A stretch of 64,000 bases of DNA, taken from Ylistrum balloti. Its lineage: Eukaryota. A program made the position numbers and the translations under genes. Shown piece after piece: positions 1-11,400 of this stretch. Position 1 is the stretch's first letter. Every line of letters starts with the position of its first letter. The stretch covers positions 496,001 to 560,000 of the forward strand of contig NW_026782045.1 of the NCBI RefSeq assembly GCF_031769215.1, written 5' to 3'. The notes under the pieces were generated by a model. That model was not told the DNA's origin. It did not search any database and saw only the letters and a program-made list of their open reading frames with translations.

Positions 1-94
1 AAAAGACTTATCAGTGATGCTATAAACTTTATTTTACAACAGTTGCGAAACAAGTTATTTCAACTTATACTAATCACTCTTGTTGACCAGCATG

Positions 95-241
95 CGAGGG
101 GTTTTATTGTGGGAGGAAACCGGAGTACCCAGGGAAAACCCTCGTGGTCAGGCAGGTACCTTTTCACGTCCGTTCCAGGAGTCGAACCCCGAACGGCTAG
201 ACGAAAGGCGAGTACGTTACCACTGCGCCATCCGACCACCC
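95..241 (-). mobile_element. tRNA-derived SINE with a V-domain core (V-SINE type)
   Basis: The minus strand reads a tRNA-like head with an A box (TGGCGCAGTGG, 230-220) and a B box (GGTTCGACTCC, 188-178). This is followed by GGGTTTTCCCTGGGTACTCCGGTTTCCTCCCAC (about 141-109), which matches the conserved V-SINE central domain. Confidence 0.75.
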
Positions 242-1092
242 AAACTGATGCTGAAGATCTAGGATATACATCTCTAGAAAGCGAGTCGTGAAATCTAATG
301 TAGACCAAACAATGTGTTAAGATATATCTGGGTGGAGGTAATTTTTAAAAGAGTGTCAAAAGTTAAACACGAATGAATATTAACTTAACTACACAGATAA
401 GATAAAAACGGCCACTCACCATAAGTCTGACAACGACCACTACGAATGGGGAGCTATACAGAAATAAACAATAGTGATAGATATCTTACGAACTTTTAAC
501 GAAGCATAGCAATGTATCACGTGAAATCTGTATATTAATGCCCTAATTTAAGACTTTTATGAAACACGTGTTAATATCGATTTCCTCTCCTGATATCCAC
601 TATTAACGTACAAAATGTAGGATATATATACGGGTTTTGGATCTTTTTTAATTATCGATTAATAGATTCTATCATATACGATGTCCTGACCACTTGAAGA
701 TTATTCACATATATAGTAAATTTCCCATTTAGAGTAACATTAATTAATGTTTATCTATATGTGTATTCAAGCCTATCGCTATGGTATAAGTTATTGCAGT
801 GGAAATTTCCATGACGTATGTGTACTATTCTGTCTATAATGATGTTTTTTTTTTTAATTTTTTTAACCTTTTACGTTTTACGCATCGCTGGTTCTTTTGA
901 AATTCTGAACAAACCACAGCGTAACACATATCCATAGCTAAATATATACGTTATGGGGTTTCCACTTTCAGTTTGATGAAAAGGGATGAAGGTCTTCCTC
1001 ACGTCTCCAGAATACTGACGTTCGTTGGTGAGACCATTCTTGTGCACGGGAGGTGACACGGAGACTGAAAAACCCGTCAATCAATTAGTTAA

Positions 1093-1154
1093 CCAATCAC
1101 TTTCTGTTGAAAGATATAAACTCCAGTTCTGTCAACACTGTATTAAAGGTAAGT
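1093..1154 (+). promoter_or_regulatory. Candidate promoter and non-coding first-exon donor for the 3885-4907 gene
   Basis: CCAAT at 1093, TATAAA at 1115 and a perfect AAG|GTAAGT donor at 1148/1149. A strong T-tract+CAG acceptor lies at 3835-3849, 35 nt before the ATG at 3885. The pairing of this donor and acceptor is inference. Confidence 0.3.
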
Positions 1155-2599
1155 AATATATTATTGTTAATGTAACATTTAGCTAATATATATATTTATG
1201 TTATTTATTGATAAAACACGCTAGTGTTATCTTTTTCAAAATTAACTTAAGTCAAATCACTATCGAGAGGTCCATCTATCTATCTGTCGATTTTAGTTAA
1301 ACAACTTCACCCTTGTATGATATGTATTTTGCTTACGTGAAAATTAAGTTTAAAATGAAGTCATTTTGGGGCCGAACTCTCTGAGTGATGATAACTTTTC
1401 TAATCAAAAGTAACACTTTCCTTATCAAAATTAACATTGCATAGAACCTTTTAATAAGTTCCGTATCATTTGATTTCTTTAAAAACTTACCATATACATA
1501 ATCTAATCTAAATGTTTGCCTGCTTATACCATTATAGAACTAAGGTTAAATTTTATGGTACTCAAGGATGGCAACTTATATAATGTTAATACCAATTTAC
1601 TTATGGGGAAGAGTTCAGAAGTTGCTAGAACTTGTCTCTGATCCATTTATCTGCTACTGATGATAAAATATACTTAAATCAAGCCAGCAATTCTGCATTT
1701 CAGGGGAGACAACTGCAGCCTACGTATATTAAGTAAATACAAAAGAGATATTTACATGTTTGTTAATGGTTATTTCCACTTTAATCGCGTTTTATAACGC
1801 TGTCAATAAGTGAAATGTATATCTCAATATACCTAGTATTCCACGGTGTCAGGAACTAGGTGTCTAGGTGCAGCTCTTTGACAAGAAATGATCAGGATTT
1901 TCTTACCCAGTGTTTTCGTGGTGCTTTCCCAAGTATTCGTCGCTTCGGTGGTAGCTATATCCGGTCCTTGTACAGTGTTTTCGGGAATTTTGTAACATCA
2001 CATACTTAACGGCACAAATAAATGAGGACCCTACAAAGAAGGAACTAAGGCAAAATAAAGAAACAGTGAATTTGCTTGAACAGGCTTCAATATTACCCTT
2101 CAAATATCTGCACACAAAACCATATGTGAAATATCTAGAAAATAAATATTCTAGGAAAGGCACAGATCACCTTTCAATACAAATCACATGTAGAGCTACA
2201 CTGATTAGAGTCAAATAAATAAGTTCTTCTACTCATTAGTGATGCTAAAGTTAGAAGCCTAGAAGGCGACTGAGGAAAATCCAAAGAGCTCAAAGATAAT
2301 GTCAAAATCTAGATGACGATATGCACACGCCCTTTACTTCGATAAATTCAGTACTTTTCCTAAATTTGATAATTTTAGAACAACGGCAGATCCATTTTCA
2401 ATTTTATAATTTGTGTATGTGTATGTTGTATATGAAAATCTCAAAATAAAGTAGTGTTTAAACCAACGGCAGGTAAATGCACATATTCCTAAACGTGCCA
2501 TTATTTAAACGTGGTATGCAGGTTATGAATCTATGAATGAAAGATTCTAAAAGAATGTGAGCAGTCTAACGTTCGTTATCCATTACCCTGACACTGATG

Positions 2600-3150
2600 T
2601 CTGCCTTTGTCAGCCTTGCGTTTAATGTCACTTTCAAACATATGAATGACATCTGTAAATAACGAGAGATTTATTTGTCCATCGTATATACGATTTTCGT
2701 ACAAAAATCGTCAACTAACGGACTCATAACACACGATTTCAGAAGATGTAGATTGATGGAAATTATAGGGGAGTTTTATGGTCGTCATGGTGATCTCGTT
2801 GCGAAATATTTTATTTCTTGAAGCTGGACGTGTTTGATGTTCGTTAGTTTGTCTGTTGGTTCCGTTGTGTGATATGAAGCTGGACGTGTTTGATGTTCGT
2901 TAGTTTGTCTGTTGGTTCCGTTGTGTGATATGAAGCTGGACGTGTTTGATGTTCGTTAGTTTGTCTGTTGGTTCCGTTGTGTGATATGAAGCTGGACGTG
3001 TTTGATGTTCGTTAGTTTGCCTGTTGGTTCCTTTGTTGAGTAACATGCTATCATTTGAGAACGTGACATTACTTGCTTGCATTGACCAAGATTAACATGG
3101 CGGATGTCGTCGATGGAGCAGAAGGCGCTTATTCTTCAACAACACCTGGT
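2600..3150 (+). mobile_element. Decayed Penelope-like retroelement fragment interrupted by a tandem array
   Basis: 2772-2810 translates as FYGRHGDLVAKYFIS, like the KFYGRHHDLVDRY C-terminus of Penelope-type RT ORFs. 3085-3150 (ttgaccaagatt..catggcgg..acacctggtctta) resembles 54659-54730 and 6906-6960 in this window. Confidence 0.5.
2820..3031. repeat. 56-bp tandem repeat, about 3.8 copies
   Basis: The unit gaagctggacgtgtttgatgttcgttagtttgtctgttggttccgttgtgtgatat starts at 2820, 2876, 2932 and 2988. Confidence 0.95.
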
Positions 3151-3884
3151 CTTATTCTCCATGTATTTTTGCAATAGTTTCTGTGTAAATGTTACCTTTT
3201 TTCTTATTTTTCCCCTGTTTTATTAAATTTGAGCCTAGATTATGAATATGTCGACATGACAGTATTTTCTTTATGTTTTTGTATAACTTTTGCATCGGAT
3301 TCCATTTAACTGAAAAACGTGAAAGGTGTCGTATATAATGGGCGTTTTCTGTCACCATATCATACAGACCTTTTAGAGGCAGCCTTTCTAAAATTTGTGA
3401 GAAATTGTGCAAAAGAGTATCAGAAGTAAAGCTCGTTGACTTTCCACTCATTGGTGTAAACACAAGAAGTTCTATAAATCTTACGCTCACTGATTTATTT
3501 ACAAATAACATAAAAATGTTTCTTTTATCATTCTAATAAAGTTTCCTCGCAATTCATTAATTGGCAAAAAATGACTCACAAAAGACAAGTGATGACTTGT
3601 ACATGATGAGAAACGGAGTAGGACGATTCTAGGTCTCATTACCTTACACGGTGCTTGGTACGTCAAATGTCCAAATACCACAGAAAATAAAACGATTGTT
3701 TATCGATATGTATGTTATACAAGAAAATAAAGAAAGACATCTTCAGTCCCATTCCACATTGTAAAGCGTCGATCTACAGGAAGCACATGCTTCAACATGT
3801 CTCAGGAATACCACGCCAATTGATATCCTTCCTTATCTTTTTTTTTCAGAAATTCTCTCAAGACATTCACTCCACGAGAGAAAC

Positions 3885-4907
3885 ATGCGTTTGGTAGGAC
3901 TGCTTGTGTTTTGCCTTGTTACAGATAATGTGGAAGGATTTTTTGGCCTCGGAAGGTTTGTGAATTCTGGAAGGAAATCAATGAAAAGACTAGTCGGCAT
4001 GGTTGACCAAGAAGCGAAAGCGTATCGCCGAATTTTCGAACAGGACGTCATCCCTGAGCTTAAACAAACGATGACGCAGGTTAGAACGTCAATAAACGAC
4101 GTCGTGGTAATAGCTGACCGGATCGAGCATAGATTAGAGGAAACACTGCAGAAAGTTGATGAACTGATCGGGCAGATTGGTTTTAAAATTAACAAAATGG
4201 CTGATTTAATCATCATTTTATTCATGGCTTTCTTGTTTGTTGTTATCGGCTCACTCTGTGACAATAAACAGTTCATATTATTGTACTACTCGTTCCAATT
4301 TATCCGAGGAGTTTGTGTGATTACAGCTATGACGTTACTGGTTCGTCTGGACTTCGAATTGGTACTCCGTGTGGATATGAACACTGCGTCTACTATCAGG
4401 TATTGCTTAATATCTCCTGTCGTCTTTGTGCTAGTATGTGCTGGTTTAAGTATAGCTTACAAAGCGCTTCGACAAGGAGGATTCGCTGTGGGTTTTATCC
4501 TACAGGGCCCACGTTTAATCATTTACTGCACTGTTGACGGACCGTGGAGATGGACATATGGTGCCTACAAGTATGGACAAGAATCGAAATCAAAGACGGG
4601 ATTATTATTGTCCATCTTTTTGCCATGGTTGTCGCTATTGATCTGTTTTGGGGTGTTCTGTTTGTTCGCAGGTGATATCGATGATGAAAAGTCTGAGCAA
4701 AACGCTATGTTACTTGGGATCATCACAGCGTATGTATTCTTTTTAACGTTCGCTAATCACCTTCGTATGTTCCATCTCCGCCCCGAGCCACAGACGCACA
4801 TGAGGAACATCCAAAACCAGAAATATCACAAAATTCAACCGAATGCTCTTCCACCTGCTCAGGGATCAACACGGCCAACCACAGAACACACTCGACTTCG
4901 ACGTTAA
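3885..4907 (+). CDS. Uncharacterised 340-aa secretory-pathway membrane protein (signal peptide, helical ectodomain, about 5 TM segments), single coding exon
   Basis: Non-repetitive 1023-nt ORF in AT-rich DNA. Hydrophobic N-terminus ending VEG|FF, a helical region at aa ~40-105, and hydrophobic segments at about aa 107-125, 130-153, 173-192, 239-262 and 274-290. A splice acceptor lies just upstream (3849). Family not recognised. Confidence 0.75.
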   Translation: MRLVGLLVFCLVTDNVEGFFGLGRFVNSGRKSMKRLVGMVDQEAKAYRRIFEQDVIPELKQTMTQVRTSINDVVVIADRIEHRLEETLQKVDELIGQIGFKINKMADLIIILFMAFLFVVIGSLCDNKQFILLYYSFQFIRGVCVITAMTLLVRLDFELVLRVDMNTASTIRYCLISPVVFVLVCAGLSIAYKALRQGGFAVGFILQGPRLIIYCTVDGPWRWTYGAYKYGQESKSKTGLLLSIFLPWLSLLICFGVFCLFAGDIDDEKSEQNAMLLGIITAYVFFLTFANHLRMFHLRPEPQTHMRNIQNQKYHKIQPNALPPAQGSTRPTTEHTRLRR

Positions 4908-5270
4908 AGCATTACCTTTTATCCAGAATCGACCCGTGTTTTATATATAAGGTATCGATAGTTTTCCTTGTTTTTCTTCATTTGACAGTTGACGTTGCAA
5001 CGATTTGGACCGAGGTGTGGTTAAAGATGGACTTTGCGTCATCGTGTCGTGAAAATTAACCTTATCGACTGTTTATATTCAGCAATTACTTTTGCTGCAT
5101 CACTTGTACGAATCTTTCTTTTATCAACCCATCGATATGAAATGCGCAATGGTTTCAAAGTGCTACTTGGAAATTTTGCATTTCAAGAATTGTACGAAAG
5201 AAATACAAATGAATTGCACATTTCGGTACAAATTTAGAATTCGATAGTGTAGAGCCAAACAATCAAACTG

Positions 5271-5312
5271 CATCATACAGCCGTTTCTCCCTTCAAGGAC
5301 TCATCAGTGGTG
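5271..5312 (-). ncRNA. Degenerate minimal type I hammerhead ribozyme motif
   Basis: Minus strand: CACCA CUGAUGA GUCC-UUGAA-GGGA GAAA C-GGCU-G UA UGAUG. The core boxes and GUA triplet are intact, but the 10.1-11.1 pair of stem II is broken and stem I has a C-A mismatch. Confidence 0.55.
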
Positions 5313-5842
5313 ACAAGGGCATATTTTGTGAAAACTCGGAAGTGACTCATTAACCGAAAGAAAAGTGAAAATTGTCAGTGAAGCAACGAGCCTGAATAAA
5401 AGAAATGATGATAACTTGCTACCTATATAGTGTTTACTACCTGTAGTTGATTTGATATCCAATGTCAGAATTACACCGACAGATAACGAGGAGTCTTTGT
5501 ACGTCATCAGGTTATATTATTTCGTGACATTACCTGTGTTGAGTACTGATCCAGATTAGCATAAGAAGGTGTTGTCGATGAAGCAGGAACACAACACCTT
5601 TTTAAAATCTTATTTTTCGCCTGCCTTTCCTTTATTTTAATGTCGTCCTCAATTGACTTGTTTAATATGAATGACGATATAGTTGATATGTCGTTGTTCA
5701 GTTTTTTTACTGTTATTCTTGATGTGAAAGCAATTTAACCAAGTGGACAACATTATGAAGCATTTAAAACAATCTTTGTTTACATTTAAGCATTGTAAAC
5801 AAAGTCTATTTTAACGTATGGTTTTTTTTTTTTTTAGAAATA

Positions 5843-5948
5843 TGACGTCATGTCATTAGGACTTTCTATAGACTCATTGGAAGTACAGTTTTAATACGAC
5901 TTTCCGTTCAGGAGGAATAGTGATTTTCAACATGGCGTCTGGGTAAGT
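5843..5948 (+). promoter_or_regulatory. Housekeeping-type promoter and first-exon signature of an unidentified transcript
   Basis: CRE TGACGTCA at 5843-5850, reverse CCAAT at 5876-5880, ETS-like TTCCG at about 5902, and a YY1/Kozak-like aacATGGCG at 5929-5937 followed directly by GG|GTAAGT (donor 5943). Confidence 0.4.
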
Positions 5949-6269
5949 TTGATTCGCTTTTGTTGTAAAAATGGCTGTCGCTGTAAGCTGTCCGCATAAC
6001 AGTAACGGAAATACTGCGGTACAAAAGCAATGACTATCGCTATTTTCTCTTCATATATCCGTCGCAGTATCTTCGAATGTCAAGGTACATTGTTTATAGA
6101 AAACCAGTTGACAGGTCTCGAGGTCTGTAAATATGATTACATTGCCCAGGCAATTTTAACTTTTTGAGATACTCGTCAAGCGACATGTTATACGCACGTA
6201 TATGTATCAATATAACAGATATGAAATATATTCATCCCTTCAGCAACATCAGAATGACTTTGTGTTATT

Positions 6270-6990
6270 TATAAACAACGAGTAATTAATATTCCTGTGC
6301 CATATATTTAGTGTTAAGATCTGCCAACAGACCATTGGCATACCTATGGACACAAACAGTACTCATCCCGAACGTGATTTCTGTGTATTTATTTCTTAAT
6401 CTATTTTCTACAAACCAAAATTATCGCAGAGCTTATCAAACAGGCAACAAAGACTTCCATTTCCCTTTCTGATATATTGATGATGTCTTGAAATAACTGA
6501 CCACGTTCATCGTATATACCAACCCCAGAACTTTGAAAATCAAGGACACGGCCGACCGATTTACATCAGTCGCTTATCTCGATCTTTTCCTACAATGAAA
6601 AATGACAGGAAAAACTTTCCACAAAGCTGTATGATAGACAAAGTGATTTCAGTTTCCTTACTGTGAATACTCCATCTCTGGAAAGCTACATTCCTGTATC
6701 CCCAATGTTTACATGTCTCAGTTGATCAGATATTCAGGGGTTTCTTTCCAGATATCATGATTTCCATGATATCGGCAGCTGATAGAAAAATCACTTCATA
6801 GGGTTTCCATCGAATCTCATTAGGAAATATTGGATGTATTTGTTGTTCGTTAGTATGATGGCTCTGTTGTTATTCTCATAGGTGACATTACTTACTTGAA
6901 TATTCACCAAGATTTTGCAAGGCGGGTTTCGTGCATGAAGTAGAAGCTGCTTATCCACATGAATAATACTTATTTTGTGATCAGTCTCAT
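6270..6990 (+). mobile_element. Decayed Penelope-like retroelement reverse-transcriptase fragment
   Basis: Translates piecewise as QQTIGIPMDTN (about 6326), YIDDVL (6473-6490), IKDTA..SVAYLDLFL, KLYDRQSDFSF..IPVSP and SQLIRY. These are the ordered motifs of Penelope-type RT, here with stops and frameshifts. Confidence 0.8.
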
Positions 6991-8170
6991 TAAATTTTTA
7001 CGATAAATCTGATATCTGAATTGTATATTTCAATAATTTGAAGGAACGACTTAATTTGTGATATTATTTTCAATGAATTGTTTTTCATCTATTGATAGGT
7101 TAAATGTTCTACTTACAGTGAACAGCTGCGTTTCTTTTAACATTAACAGGTCTAATATGTATTCATAACAGGGACACATTAAATAAAACAGGTATGCACT
7201 AAAACATCAGGGTTTCTGCCGATTCAAATGCAATTTTGACACACAGTCTTCATACCTTTCTGATGGACTTGTCATCAACAAAGAAATGGGGGGGGGGACC
7301 ATGTGCTCTCCATCTTAAAAATTAAAATGGTAGCGATTTCTGTATGAAGATAACACCCCTCATTAATCTATTTTAATTGAGGTTGAACATTTCATCTTAG
7401 CTGATATTTTACATCTCTCAACACACCTTTTTATTGAGCTTATTTCAGCTAGCGAGTGAAGTGAGTGACAAAGAGTCCTTACTATTAAGTGTTGGAAATA
7501 AGGTAGAATGTCACCTCAAAGTTGAATGTATCTTTAGGATTATAAAAGGTCACATATAAAAGAGTAATCAAGTCATGGAATTCATTTTTCTTTTCTGTTC
7601 ATGTTCATTTCCCAGCAAGCGACATATACAGTAAACACACTAAAATATTACCTGTCATCATTAGTCAAGTATATTTAAACTGGACAAGGTGAACTGAAAT
7701 AGACGCCCTTTCGTAGTAAATCACCACACCTCTTTGGCTGAACTCCATGTACTTTTTTGAGAAAATATATTGTGTGCTTTAAGAATTTGTGGATGCAAAC
7801 ATTAACAGACGAAGTCCACGAAAGCAAAGCTGTGGCAGTTATGTATCACAGAATAATCTCAAAATTGAACTTGTATGTGTACCTCTTAAGGTACTTGTAT
7901 GGATTTGGTGTTCTTCAAACAGTCATAAGTAAATAATAGGTCAGCAGCTGATGGGTCACTGGTACCTTTATATGATGTGTAAATCACAATCATATATAGT
8001 GCTATCATACCGAAATGTCTTAATCTGCCATAAGCCAGTGAGATTCCAATACCAGGTTATCAACACTGCACAACTAGGAACAAAGTGTGAGAAACATTCC
8101 AAGTTCATCTAAGGAAATCTACTCATAAAATATCATAGTGTTTAAAAAAACATTGTTCCAGCAAAATAAG

Positions 8171-8176
8171 TTTATT
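8171..8176 (-). terminator. Probable polyadenylation signal of the GST gene
   Basis: AATAAA on the minus strand about 230 nt after the GST stop codon (8405). Confidence 0.5.
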
Positions 8177-8404
8177 CAAGATTTTAATCAGAAGACAAGT
8201 ATGATAAAAAGAACTCAGTACAAATTCAGACAAGAAGGATCAGTACGTGTCAAGTAACTATATATAAGATTATTGTAGATGTAAGGTATCTGTCTCTAAA
8301 AACCATTTCATGATTCAGGCTTTCTCTTTAGTCTTTGTCAGAAAATCTAGTTCCAATCTCAAAGTGAAAATCTGAAGCACTAACAGTTCAGACAACCAAT
8401 GTTT

Positions 8405-11400
8405 TTACAAAGCTCCTTTAAATAACAGTTTCTTTCCCTCCAATGGCCCTTCTTTCCAATGTGGTGGGAATGTTTTTGCAATACTAGGCCGCTCTCCTAA
8501 ATTCTTGTAATACTTGAGGAGGTTTGGATAGTCGTCGAGGCTGCTGCCAAATCGTACCAAATATGCCACAAATGTATACAATACCACATCAGCCAAGGAG
8601 AAAGCTTTTCCACCAACATGGCCACTTTCAGACTTAAAACAATGAAACAAAGAATCAGTATCTACATTAAGCACTTTAGACATGAAAGGTCAATACTGTT
8701 TTTCAGTATCTACCAAAAAATGGATATATACAGAACCCTGAAAAGTACATCATGACTCTCTCAAACAACAGACAGATACGGTTTGTTTTACTCACCTGGT
8801 TTATTTTGCTCAAAATTAATTAATCTAAACTAAAGAAAAAGCATTTAAAATGAATGTATCACCTCCCTCCTGCCCCACAGGGCCAAGACAATATCAACAA
8901 AATTGATTCCTATTCACCTAAGAATGCCTAAGACCAAATTTGGGCAAAATCCAATCATTCCTTCAAGAGAAGAAGGATTTTAAAGAATCTGCGCTATTTC
9001 CACTACTTGGCCCTTATACATCAACTTCTCAACTTGACAACTGACAACTAAGCTTACTTAGCCTGTTGGACCAGGTACGCTAAAAAAAAACAATCCACAC
9101 ATGAACTCATAGGTCCTTGACAAACACAGTGTTTAGGGAAATAAGGTTAAAGGTCAACAATGGTAACCTTGGCAACTAATTTAACAAATATTTATTACAC
9201 TTCTTACCTCTTTAACATGTTTTTCCCAAATCTTGAGTTCCTCTTTCAGATCTTTGATGTTATTTTCAAAAGCTTCAATAAATTCCTGAAATACAAAGAG
9301 TTTAGATCTTCAATATTTAAACAAGAAATACACAGTATGGGAGTATCATATTATATGGATTTGTCTTATTATTAATTGAAGGAGGGAAGGGACACACATA
9401 TTAACTCCGATCCAAGGAACACTTTGGTTTGATAATGATCCCTAATTAAGCTTGTGAAAATAAATTACAGTTTAAATTATCTTAGCAGATAAGATATTCT
9501 CTATACTTAAGTAAGACTCACGTTGTGGTCCATATTGCAACAAGCCATCAAAAAAAACATATATACATACTTTTCCCTCCCTCTTTTCTTCTGGAGTCAT
9601 CCACGTGAAGTAGATGCACTTTATCATAATCTTCATATTGAGGTTCTCTTGTGCCTGTAGGTGAGTTGGATTAAGAAATATATACATGATGTTAATATTT
9701 TTGACAATCTGAATAAGCCGTCACGGAACATCCAGGTTCACAGACAAGCAGGGCTTAATGTCCAGTTAATCGAAGTATCTTTGCTCTGTAGGCCAACTAT
9801 GTCAACAAATAAATGTTAATCTACCAACAAAACAAGGATTTAATCATAACATGAGGCCCAATGGGCTTGCATCACTCACCTGGTATTTGATATTCATCGA
9901 AAAAAGAATTGGTGTTAATGTCACAAATATATTGACATGTATGTACATCTTTGTCAGAACAAACAGCTTCTAATACTCAATTCTAAATAGTGACAGTTAT
10001 CATCCATTCTTTGTAATTAAAGTTGGTTGGGCTTTGACGATTTAATCCTAGGAACCAATCACTCAAATATCATGCTTCTGCATCTTTATTTTAATCAGAG
10101 AAAGTAATTTAAACAAATTTGGCCCCTGTGACCTTGAACATTAGTCAAGGTCATTTCATTTCACAAACTTTCTCTGGCTTCATCCTAGGAACACACCTGC
10201 CAAATACCACGCCTCTAGGCCTTTAAGTTCATGAGCAGAAGCTGTTTAAATATTTTAACAAATTTGACCTGTGTTACATTGAAGGTCAAGGTCATTTATT
10301 TTCACAAAGCTTGTCAAGCTTCATCATTGGAACATACCAGCCAAATATCATACCACTAGGTTTTTTAGTTCATGAGCAGAAGTTGTTTAAATGTTTTAAC
10401 AAATATGACCCTTGTGACCTTGGATATGTCAAGGTAACTTCTTTTCGCAAACTTTGTCAGGCTTCATCCTAGGTAGACGCCAGCCATATATCAAAACATT
10501 TGGTCCATAGGTTATTGAGAAGTTGTTTAAAGGAAGGAAAAAATAGACACCGCATGATGGACAGATGATGAAAGAACAACAAACGCAACCCCAAAGATAA
10601 GCTTACTATGCCCTGCAGACCCGGTGAGCTAAAACCAAGACCAAAATAATGAGATTTTTGGAGGATTTTGCTGCTCACCATTGAATGACTATTATTGGTT
10701 CCATTCAAAAAAAATTTTTTTTTTTGTATTCTCCCTTTCTTTCCCCTTTCCTTAATATTTCATAATTAGGGAATCCCACATTGGAAATCTTCAAAAGATT
10801 TAGATCAGTTCACGGATTCAAAACATATCTTGTACACAAGCTTTTTATTTCCAAAGGGGTCAATGGTGACATCTGACCTTTAACCTTCAACAATGACAAC
10901 CAAAATCTAATCAGGTGTAGACCTTGTTGTTGTGCTATTATGGTGTGAATCAATGACATTTGACCTTTAACCTTGAGAAACAGCAATGACAACTAAATCT
11001 AATCAGGTGTAGATATTATTATTTCACCACAAATTCAAGATGGCCAACAATTATCAGACCATTTCATGGCAAGGCATTATATTACTGTTTAATTGTTGCT
11101 TACATCCTATTAACAGCATTTGTGGTGGGGTAGGGCCCGAATCCCCGGAGAAAAACCACCAATCTGCAGCCAGTACCTGGCACCCACCATTGCCTGGTCT
11201 TCATTTGTTCTTTAAAATCAAAATCTTCTCCCTTCTACTGTTCTGTCTACTCTTGCTCTTATTACAAAGAAATTTAAAATTTTGTCCAGAACTGGTGACA
11301 ATAATCTATATTTGTATAATCAAAGATGGTTTCCTGTCAGCCAGTCTGTTTTTCTGATCAGTCTCAAAATCGAAAAGTGCACAACATAGGACTGAAGTCA

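Noticed and set aside
172-241. tRNA gene (also 18028-18090 and 61025-61085)
   Set aside because: A and B boxes are present, but there is no complete cloverleaf and the head is attached to a SINE core or decayed, so these were called SINE heads.
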